A stretch of DNA of 64,000 bases from the human T2T-CHM13v2.0 reference genome, Homo sapiens, in assembly GCF_009914755.1 (NCBI RefSeq), contig NC_060933.1; one strand, 5' to 3'. The notes beneath the pieces were generated by a model. It saw only the letters and a list, made by a program, of their open reading frames with translations. It did not search any database and had not been told where the DNA came from. The translations under genes and the position numbers were made by a program. Positions 43,107-52,882 of the stretch are shown here, in pieces (position 1 is the stretch's first letter; every line of letters begins with the position of its first letter).

Positions 43107-43251
43107 GTAAGCATTGGAAAGATTTTATAATTATCAGTAATAAGTAATAACTTAGTAATAATTATAACCACAATAAGTAATTATAATTAGTCTTAAGTAA
43201 TCACTAAGTAGTAAGCTTGTGAAATCATGTATAGTTGTATGTGTTATAGAT

Positions 43252-43427
43252 CAAAGCTGACCAACAAGTTTCTGCAATGATGGGAATATTTATCTCCGTA
43301 GTCCAATGAGGCTATTAAATACTTGAAATGAGGCTAGTGCAACTAAGGAATTGAATTTTACATTTAAATTACATTGAATTAAAGTAAATTCACATGTGGC
43401 TATGAAATGCCCTACTGAACAGCACAG
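43252..43427. mobile_element. MER3-like hAT DNA transposon (intron 3)
   Basis: tttctgcaatgatgggaat ... acttgaaatgaggctagtgcaactaaggaattgaatttt ... cacatgtggcta ... aacagcacag. Confidence 0.75.
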
Positions 43428-44537
43428 TTAGAGATAATTCAAAGTCTACCACTTAAAGAAAATAGATATGTTTTATTTGCATTTTACTGTATACAGTTGC
43501 CCCTTTATTTCATATTAACTATTTTTTTCAGTAACCACACATTGTAAAAATTGTTTCCAAGGAGCACAAAATTATGGAGTTCCTGATGTTAGAGTTAGTG
43601 TGAACATTCAGGAAATGTTCTACAGCTGGAGAAATCCCTCATTTGAGTCATGGGATTACACTATACCTTTAATACTTCCTCAGTTCTGTAATATAGAATT
43701 CAGGACTCAGAGTATTGGAAAATAAATATTTCGCAATATTTCTGGAGTCAACATGGGATAAGCATATGCTCAAAGAAAAGTTTTCACAAAATAAATGTAT
43801 CATTAACTTGTTTATTTTTAAAAATGTAACCCATTAGTAGTGAACAAAGTTCTTTTTTTCTTGCTGAATTTATTTTTCCATTTTTGTTAATATTTGTACA
43901 GAGATTAGCTATTTTTGCCATTCAGTTTTGTACATATTTAATTAGAAGTTGAAAACAAAATGCATAATTTCTCTCAAATTAACATTCCCTGTTGTAGATT
44001 TCATTATTTCAGTTACCAATCTGATCATACTCAATTTATGTCTGCCAAGCAATAGGAGTTTCAGGCTTTTATCTTTAACCATGAGTAGCATTCTAAATTC
44101 CAGAGACTCTGAAAATGAAAATAGACTAAGATATGCCTCAATCTGAAACTATTAGATATTAGAGAATAGTTTCTGATTTACCTAGAAATAGAAGGTGGGC
44201 AAGATATTCCAAGAATTCTCAAGAACATACAGTTTAAAAAGCCTCCTATGATTGTGAAGATATGCCATGAGTCTACCAATTTGAACCTAAAATCCCGAGG
44301 GAGCTATGAAGATCCTATAAACTGAAAGTAAGCTCCAAATGAGGCATGATTATTCACTAGTTTAAAAAAAGGATGACAATAAAAAAGCAAAATAAAGGAT
44401 GAAATCTCAAACTTCCCCATTTTTTAACAAAAGCTAAAATCTTTTTATGGTTGAAATTAAAATATATTTGGGATATATTAATACAAACTGTGTTATTCAC
44501 TCACAAGTTGTTCATCATTATTGTAACCATCTTTCAG

Positions 44538-44694
44538 ATAATTGATGAAGAACAATTAAGAGGAGATCGTAGACAACCATTATGGATGTACCGTTCTTTA
44601 ATGAGAATTTCTGAGAGACCATCTGTTTATTTAGCTGCCAGGAGGCAGCCTCTCAAACCAACTCGTACTGTCGAGGTGGATTCTAAAGCAGCAG
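44538..44694 (+). CDS. CYLC2: Cylicin-2 coding exon 4 ([52 protein letters not shown])
   Basis: catctttcag|ATA ATT GAT ... GCA GCA G|gtagag; 157 nt; contained in track ORF 44451..44720. Confidence 0.96.
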
Positions 44695-44811
44695 GTAGAG
44701 ATAACTTACTGTTTTTATAGTATCTCTGTAATTTTCTGATTAGATTTCTATTAGAATTTTATCAAGTTTGGATTTTCCCATTTTAAGAAATATTTGAATA
44801 TTTATCCCCAG

Positions 44812-45521
44812 AAATTGGTAAGAAAGGTGAAGACAAGACAACACAGAAGGACACAACAGATTCGGAATCAGAATTAAAACAAGGAAAAAAAGATTCAAAG
44901 AAAGGCAAGGATATAGAGAAAGGAAAAGAAGAAAAGCTAGATGCAAAGAAAGATAGCAAAAAAGGTAAAAAGGATGCAGAGAAGGGCAAAGACTCAGCAA
45001 CAGAATCTGAAGATGAAAAAGGAGGTGCAAAGAAAGATAACAAAAAAGATAAAAAGGATTCAAACAAAGGCAAAGACTCGGCAACAGAATCTGAAGGTGA
45101 AAAAGGAGGTACAGAGAAAGATAGCAAAAAAGGTAAAAAGGATTCAAAGAAGGGCAAGGATTCAGCCATAGAATTACAAGCTGTAAAAGCAGATGAAAAG
45201 AAGGATGAGGATGGAAAAAAAGATGCAAACAAAGGTGATGAATCGAAGGATGCCAAGAAAGATGCAAAGGAGATTAAAAAAGGTAAGAAAGATAAGAAGA
45301 AGCCCAGTAGTACAGACAGTGACTCAAAGGATGATGTCAAGAAAGAGTCTAAGAAGGACGCCACGAAAGATGCCAAGAAAGTTGCCAAGAAAGATACTGA
45401 GAAAGAATCTGCTGATTCAAAGAAGGATGCAAAGAAAAATGCTAAGAAGGATGCAAAGAAGGATGCAAAGAAGAATGCAAAGAAGGATGAAAAGAAGGAT
45501 GCAAAGAAGAAGGGCAAGTAG
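44812..45521 (+). CDS. CYLC2: Cylicin-2 coding part of exon 5: Lys/Asp-rich KKD repeat domain, stop TAG at 45519-45521
   Basis: atccccag|AA ATT GGT AAG AAA ... AAG AAG AAG GGC AAG TAG; open for 710 nt. Exon sum 17+41+122+157+710 = 1047 nt = 348 aa + stop. Absent from the ORF track because this frame has no internal start. Confidence 0.97.
44946..45167 (+). repeat. CYLC2: Coding tandem repeat, 84-nt (28-aa) unit, ~2.6 copies ([28 protein letters not shown]-like)
   Basis: The DSA codons start at 44991, 45075 and 45159, exactly 84 nt apart. Confidence 0.9.
45420..45512 (+). repeat. CYLC2: Coding 12-nt tandem repeat (AAGAAGGATGCA; [12 protein letters not shown])
   Basis: About 7-8 consecutive tetrapeptide units immediately before the stop codon. 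Confidence 0.9.
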
Positions 45522-45858
45522 GCCTTGGATAAGAATTTGAACCGAAAGAATAATTCAAAAGCATATTTGATGAAACAATAGTGGTAGTCTGCAGCTGAAT
45601 TTGTGAGAAAACAAGAGGCCTCAAAGAATTAAATAATTTTTAAAAGGTGGTAAAGAAGGATACAAAGGAGAACTCAGCAGAGATTTATAAAAATATATAA
45701 GAAAGATGTTAAGAAAAATTAAGGGGGGATCCATTGAAAGACTTGAAGAATACATATACTTATATTCGGGGATATGAAGGATTCAATGAATGATCTCTAG
45801 AAAGATTTAAAGAAGAATATTCAGATAAGGATGTTGAAGATAATGACACTAAATCTAT

Positions 45859-45901
<43 letters not shown>

Positions 45902-46203
45902 AATGAAGGCTTAAAGAATCCAAGGAGACAGATGTTGTATCTATAGATTTAAAATAATCTCAAGCTGCATCCACAGATACAAAAAAATATAGGAGCCATG
46001 AAATGAAGTTAAACACCTTGTAGAAAGCCTACTTTCAAGTAAATATAGCATTCCTTTGGCAAAAAGAAAAAAAAAGTAAAAGAAAAGAAAAAAAATGTAT
46101 TACCACCCGATGAGCCTACATCTTTCTTTCTGAAGTTTAAACAACCACAGTCATGTTTATGGTTGTTGGATGTGCCACTTCCAATCCAAAAGAAGCACAC
46201 TTG
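45522..46203 (+). other. CYLC2: 3' UTR portion of CYLC2 exon 5, ending at a consensus splice donor
   Basis: Purine-rich, exon-like composition continues after the stop up to cacTTG|gtaagt (GT at 46204). Confidence 0.75.
45861..45897 (+). repeat. (AC)18 microsatellite in the CYLC2 3' UTR
   Basis: Uninterrupted AC run. Confidence 0.97.
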
Positions 46204-46221
46204 GTAAGTCAGTTTTGTTTT

Positions 46222-46534
46222 GTTTACTTATTTATTTATTTATTTATTTATTGAGATGGAGTCTCTCTCTGTCGCCCAGGCTGGAGGGCAGTGGCGCGAT
46301 CTCGGCTCACTGCAAGCTCCGCCTCCTGGGTTCACGCCCTTCTCCTTCCTCAGCCTCCCAAGTAGCTGGACTACAGGCGCCTGCCACCAAGCCCAGCTGA
46401 ATTTTTTTGTATTTTTAGTAGAGACGGGGTTTCACCGTGTTAGCCAAGATGGTCTCAATCTCCTGACCTCGTGATCCGCCCGTCTCGGCCTCCCAAAGTG
46501 CTGGGATTACAGGCGTGAGCCACCGCGCCCGGCC
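46222..46534 (-). mobile_element. AluY, CpG-rich, TSD agttttgtttt, just downstream of the exon 5 donor
   Basis: AluY diagnostics (gcaagctccgcctcc, gtgttagcc, gacctcgtgatccg); TSD at 46211-46221 and 46535-46545. Confidence 0.95.
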
Positions 46535-46624
46535 AGTTTTGTTTTATTTTAAGCCAGATTGAATTAATTATTGTCTTTTTCATTTTTGAGGGTACATAGT
46601 AGATTTAATAATAATTGAACCAAA

Positions 46625-46890
46625 TTATAATTAGATAGGAGGAATAAGTTCAAAAGATCTATTTTATAGCATGGTGACTATAGTTAATGACAATATATTG
46701 TATTCTTGAAAAATCAATGCTAAGAGAATGAACATTGTGCTCTCATCGCATAAATGATAACCATGTGAGGTGATGCTTATGTCAATTAGCAAGATTTCAG
46801 GATTCCACAATGTATACATGCTTCATAACATCATATTGTACACGATAAATATGCTTTTACTGATCAAATTAAATAAATTTAAAATAATAA
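46625..46890 (+). mobile_element. L1M 3' end fragment
   Basis: ttagataggaggaataagttcaaaagatct ... agcatggtgactatagttaat. Confidence 0.7.
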
Positions 46891-48269
46891 ACATCAAACT
46901 AAAGGTTCAAATTGACACTGTTCTTATATTATCTCTGTAATTTTCTGAGTAAATTTCTTTTAGAATTTTATGAAGTTTGGACTTTCTCATGTTAAGAAAT
47001 ATTCAAAGAACATGGAGAGACAACGAAATAAATGAAGCTTTAAAAAGTGTCTGTGGAAAGGTTAAGGAAGTCTGTCATGAGGGAGAGGTTACTAGCTTAT
47101 GATAGATGATATTATTACCAATTAAGCATCCAAAGTTTTAAAATAGAAAATATTAATCAATTTATTTTGATTGAAAGAAGGATGAAACTCAAAATTGTTT
47201 ATTACCGACAAGAACAAATTTAAATGAGGCATATGAAAGAGCTACTTGATAAATGGCTAAATACTTCACAAAACTAAATTAACCAAAATTTAACAGAGTG
47301 TAACAGAGTAAGAATATATACATAATATTTATTTAGATGTGGAAACAATTAACTTACTGTCTCTAAAACAGTAAAACTCTGTATTAAACTCTGTTGTGAC
47401 CCATAAGTCCTGTTGATTTGAGGAAAAAATAAAAAGCAGTATTAAGCAAAATGCAATATCCTTGAACTTCTCAATTAAATGACAATTCATTTATTTCTGA
47501 TTTAACATTTTCTTAAATAAACTCAGTGTTGCTGCAGAACTTGCTAAATGATTTTCTCTTTTTATTCTTCCTGACATAAACTTTGGATGCAACATAAAGC
47601 TTCTCTTGGACATTAAAGGAAGGGTCTCCTAGTCTGTATGTTCCTAAGAGCTACCTTCCAAGGAACAGTAAGGAATAATTGTTTTTCTTTAACACTCAAC
47701 ATTGGGTCCTGTCCCTCCTGCATCAACTACTAAGAGTCAGTGGTTATTGTAACTCCTGATCTGCCAGGTGATCACACGTTGTTAGCCTGGGTCAGCTGTA
47801 ATGGCAGAGGGAGTCAAATCCTGGCCCTTTGTTCTCCTCCCACTCCCTCTAGGAACCTGCTCATCATCTTCCTCTGCATATAGTAAAATTATGTGTTGAG
47901 ATTGCTAAACTTTTCTGGAAATGTTACCATCTCTCTGAAGATTTAGGAAATCATTTCAAATCCTCTTTTTCCTCTATAAAAAGGCCCTTAAAATTATTTT
48001 CACCAATAGGATTCAAAAGTCAGGTTTTAGATTGAAATGTAATGTAAAATGACAGAAAAATTGAGCTTCTACCTTTAATATCCTACTGAGGTGCACCATC
48101 ACTAAATTTTCTTGTAGTTAAATTTAATAGCAGTGTCCTTTTATTCCAGTACCTCTTCATTTACATCTATGTTGTTTTCTCAGTTATTCCAATAAAAAAT
48201 AAAAATGAAAAAAATGGCTTTACATACCATTCTTATGCTGTTGAATTTTATATTTAAATCTAGTATTTA

Positions 48270-49005
48270 CTTATTTACTCAGTTCCATATTCCCATATCC
48301 AAATACTTAGTTAAGCATCTAGTTGACTAGCTTCCAGGTATCTCAAAATTAACAAATCCCAAAGAGAACTGTTGACATCCCTCCAGCAATGCCTCTTTCT
48401 CCCCAAGTTCTGCTAAACCCATTAAATGACGTTGGTATCCAATCTGTAGCTTAATCCAAAATCAGTGAGTCATCCCTAATTACTCTTTTTTCTTCACCCT
48501 GCCTACTAGTAGTAAGTCCTATCCTGTCTACCTACAAAATACTCGAGTTGGTATAATTCATTACATTTCTACCACTTCTGTACACTAAAAGTCCAATCAA
48601 CCATTATCTCTTACTTGAAAACTCCAAAGCCCTCTAAGTGCAGGGGAAGCCCCTGCTTCATGTCTCTCCACAACACCATATCCCATTCTTCATATAGAAA
48701 CCATCATGTTTCTCCCTTGGTCAAAGCTTTCTAGTGTACTGATGCCACACTTACCATCAACTTTTCTTTTGCTCTGGCTTATAATGCATTAATGATCTGT
48801 GTGCTGACTATTTCCCTGCCCTCATGTGACAACACTATTCCTTTTGTCTACCATGCACTTGTTGCATTGGATTTTTAAAAATATTTTACCACATGTAACC
48901 TTACAATATTAAGCCTTTACACTTGTTCCTTCTCCATAGAATGCAATTCTCCTAGAACATCACACTGTTGACTCCTTCAAAATAGTCATTCTCAGCTTAC
49001 ATTTT
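48270..49005 (+). mobile_element. L2 fragment
   Basis: aggtatctcaaaattaacaaatcccaaa ... gagtcatccct ... accattatctcttacttg; pyrimidine-rich L2-like sequence. Confidence 0.65.
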
Positions 49006-49032
49006 ACATTTCCAGATATATTTCATAGACTA

Positions 49033-49306
49033 ATTTATTTTTTGACACAGTGTCTCTCTCTGTTGCCCAGGCTGAGGTACAATGGTGTGATCACAGCTCA
49101 CTGCAGCCTCAACCTCCCCAGGCTCAGGTGATTCTACCACCTCAGCCTCCCCAGCAGCTGGGACTACAAGAGCTCTTCACCACATCCAGATAATTTTTGT
49201 ATTTTGTAGAGATGGAGTTTTGCCATGTTGCCCAGACTGGTCTCCAACTCCTGGGCTCAAGCAATCCACCCGCCTCAGCCTCCCCAAGTGCTTGGATTAC
49301 AGGAAT
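49033..49306 (-). mobile_element. AluJ-like element
   Basis: gatcacagctcactgcagcctcaacctcc ... ctcctgggctcaagcaatcc. Confidence 0.9.
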
Positions 49307-49324
49307 GGTATTATCAGAGACTAG

Positions 49325-49680
49325 ATGTTAATAATTACATCATGGAGAATGGGGTAACTACCCCTTCAAAGATTTATCCTTTGTGTTAAAAACAATATAA
49401 ATATACTCTTATAGTGATTTTTAAATGTACAGTTATTACTGACTATAGTCATTCCAATGTGCTATCAAATAGTAGGTCTTATTCATTTTTTTCTAATTTT
49501 TGTGCATTAACGATTCTCATCTCTCCTTCAATTCCCCACTACCTTTTCCAGACTCTGATAACCATCCTTTTACCCTCTACCTCTATAGTTTGTTTTAATT
49601 TTTCGATACAACAAATGAGAGAGAACATGCAATGTTTCTCCACATCTTTGCCAACACTTTTATCTTTGTAATAATAACCA
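49325..49680 (-). mobile_element. L1MA 3' fragment, followed by a (TA/CA)n tract at ~49685-49835
   Basis: ataattacatcatggagaatggggta ... gtgctatcaaatagtaggtcttattcatt. Confidence 0.7.
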
Positions 49681-50189
49681 ATTTATATATATCACATATA
49701 TACAAACATACATATGTGTACACACATACATATATGTGTATATACACACATATATGTATTATACACACATACATATATGTGTACACATTGAATTTATTAC
49801 ATTTTACATGTGTGTATATATATATATATACATGTCAATATAACAAAAATAGAAAATTTAAAATAACCCATATCATTTTTGATGGCATCAAAATATGCAA
49901 TAATTTTATTATCACTAATTGATTCAAACTTATTTTCATGAGAAATCAATACAATCAATTTTAAACAAATAAGAATTTACTGAAAAAGTGCATAGAAGTT
50001 GTCATATACCAAGTTAATTATGTACCAAGTGAAAAGTTTTATACCAAATTACTTTATAATCAAGAAAATCCTTGTAAAAGCAGTGGCAAAATACAAAATT
50101 ATTGCATAATTATAATCATATTCAAGTTATCTCACAAATGCTTAATCCACAAAATCTTTTTTAAGTTAAAATAACAGCAGCAGGAAAAA

Positions 50190-50345
50190 TGACTACTATT
50201 TATTTACTACTATTTGCTAAACGCTTTCCTCGTATTATCACTTAATCCTCACAATCCTAATATATCTCCATTTAATTGAAGCTCAGAAAGGTCAAGTAAC
50301 AATAAATTTGCACAGAGAGTGCAAAACCAGAATTTGAATCTGAAC
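50190..50345. mobile_element. MIR fragment
   Basis: ttaatcctcacaatcct ... gaagctcagaaaggtcaagtaac ... ccagaatttgaatc. Confidence 0.6.
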
Positions 50346-51761
50346 GAATCTCATATGACACCAACGTTTAGACTGTGGTTATGTAGTGTAATTGTTTGTG
50401 GATTTGGGAGAATTTTTCTTTAGCACCACAGGTTCAGTTTCTTCATATCCTATGTATCTTTATTTGCAAAAATGTATAGTTATGTTAAAATTACATAAAA
50501 TTATATTATTAGTTTAAAGATCTACTACAGAATTTAAGAAGGCAGTTGTTCTATTCATAATTGCTCACAATCAGCCTCTCCTCCTACTACTGTTCCTACT
50601 CTCTATACCCTTTGTGTCTGCTCAATAAGTATTGCACATTGCTTAGTAGTTTACATTAGTTGTATTTGCAGGAATGTGCTGTATTGAACAAATATGGAAA
50701 TTAAAAATATGCATAGAATCCTAGATCAACCATTATGTAATAATAAAAAGGGACTAAGAAGCAGGATGTAAAACACTGAAGTCAAAGAAAAATGGAAGAA
50801 TACTAGTGTATGCCTAAGAATATTGATTCTAGAAACCATTACAAAAAATAACAACTAGATATAAGATTATCTGCTAATGATTACTAATGTTCTCTAACCC
50901 CTCCAAGATAAGGACTTCCTTGGTATATATGCATTGAGAGAGTCACAGTTAACATTGAAACAGTACATACATGCATATACGCACATACAAATAAAAGGCT
51001 TTGTTTTTATTATTTCATTTATTATTTTTGCACCAAAAGGACAATATGCATTGTTCTCCATTCTTTTCTTTTGTGAATTTGTAAGCTGTTTGAAGATTTT
51101 TTACCCCCCTTCATTTTGTTTAACTTTTAGTGTAACTTTAAAACAGGTTTTTCAAGTACTAGGGGACATGAAATACTTACGTTTCATAAAAAATGTTTTA
51201 TATCAAACATTGTCACATAGCTTTGATGGCTAAGTAACTTACTGAATTTTGGTACTTTAGGTTGAGGAACTTAAGCTATTTCTATAGAAAAGGTGACAGT
51301 CATTCTGTAATGGTACTTGAAACCTGATAAAACCACATGAGTGACAAAAATGGGGTCCAAGTGAAGCTAACCGATTTTGAAAAATGGGGGAGGGAGTGAT
51401 GGCTAAGAGGATAAGGCACCATTAATACAATTCCAAAAGGGCTCAACTTTGCAAGAGATGGCAAAATCCAAAACCATTGCTCTGTGGGTTTATACAATAA
51501 AGTGTTCTAAAGTTTATTTATGAAATAAACAGAAAATTTTGCCTCTAGAGAAAAAGGTATGTCTAAGGGTCATAAACATCCTAAACTTATATGCAAGTGT
51601 TGTAGCTATTTGCATAATTTTTATACAAAGTTTGGCCTCTTTAGAAAGTGAGAGTCCAGGAAAAATATGAAAGGAATTTTGAAAATGATATTATTCCAGT
51701 TCTCTTTGCAACATGTATCTTTGTCAAATCACAAAGTAATAACTTGCTAATACTTAGATCA

Positions 51762-51766
<5 letters not shown>

Positions 51767-51792
<26 letters not shown>

Positions 51793-52078
51793 GATCGAGT
51801 CTCGCTCTGTTGCCCTGGCTGGAGTTCAGTGACATGATCTCAGGCTTACTACAGCCTCCACCTTCAGGTTCAAGTGATTCTCCTGCCTCAGCCTCTCTGG
51901 TAGCTGGGATTACAGGTATGCATCACCACATCCAGCTAATTTGTATTTGTTTTGTTTTAGTAGAGATGTGGTTTCACCATGTTGGTCAGGCTAGTCTCAA
52001 ACCTCTGCCCTCAAGTGATCTGCTCACCTTGGCCTCCCAAAGTGCTGGGATTACAGGCGTGAGCCACTGTGCCCTGCC
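51767..52078 (-). mobile_element. AluS-family element hosting the candidate exon 51800-51915
   Basis: Poly-T followed by a full antisense dimer. Confidence 0.95.
51800..51915 (+). other. CYLC2: Candidate non-coding 3'-UTR exon formed by an exonised antisense Alu (116 nt)
   Basis: Long poly-T tract, then gatcgag|tctcgc acceptor; gggattacag|gtatgc donor (GT where Alu consensus has GC). These are the classical Alu right-arm exonisation positions. Confidence 0.65.
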
Positions 52079-52882
52079 TTTAATACAGACAAATATATGA
52101 GGCAAACATACACAGCCCCTGGCCTCCTTTCAGTCATTTAGTATTTTTATATCATGTTCCTTCAGGTCCACTTTTTTAACCATTGGACAATGCCTCATTA
52201 GTAAATACACCAGATAAAATAATTCCGGTGTTTTGATCATATTGAATATGGTATCTGAAGACACCGAATATTTTCTAAGGGAGCACAGTTCCATTCTAAG
52301 CCTTGTATATAGTTTATGACCGTTTTTATAATTATTCTTTTTTAAATAATTCAAATGTAAGTTCTTCACTTAGCCTAATCTGAGCCCTAATCCATAATAA
52401 AATAAAATTGCTTGTGTAAATAAAGTAAAATATAGAATAAAAGTATTGTGGAAAGTATCCAGTGATAATATCTAAATAATAATTGAGTTTTCTTATCAGG
52501 CTGAACTATTTGGCAAACATATAAACAGAAACGTACTCCAGGTGTTAAATATGTTCAATAATCAATTTTATAGTTATTAATAAGTTATTATATGTGGTTT
52601 ATTTTATACTTTCTCAGTTATTGGATGCAAAAGAAAATAGCTGCCATAGTCATCATATGAGCAGTTTTACGGTAGGCAAAATCAAAGATTTTCAGGGTAT
52701 ATACAGAGAGGATAGTGAGTAACAAATCACAGTATGGTGTAGTTTGGCATTCGGAAAAAAAGTTAAATTTATAAAAATCCATAAACTTTGAAAGTGCATT
52801 TCTGTTGGCTGGAAAAAAAAGGAAAGGGTATGATTTTATTGATAGCAAGATTAAGAACCAAAAATGCACTTAAAAACTAATT

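Noticed and set aside
44740-45517. Long minus-strand ORFs (244 aa F/S/L-rich; 175 aa)
   Set aside because: Antisense shadows of the repetitive AAG/GAT codons of CYLC2 exon 5; low complexity and no independent gene signals.
44941-45540. Alternative-frame + strand ORFs (MQRK..., MQRR repeats)
   Set aside because: Shifted reading of the KKDA repeats (GAT GCA creates ATG); the spliced frame explains the region.
52499-52671. Possible remnant of the CYLC1-like last coding exon or extra small exons (tcttatcag|gctgaa...; ttctcag|ttattgg...acg|gtaggc)
   Set aside because: Similarity to the recalled PEAPWIHKLL terminus is too weak and the splice signals alone are insufficient.
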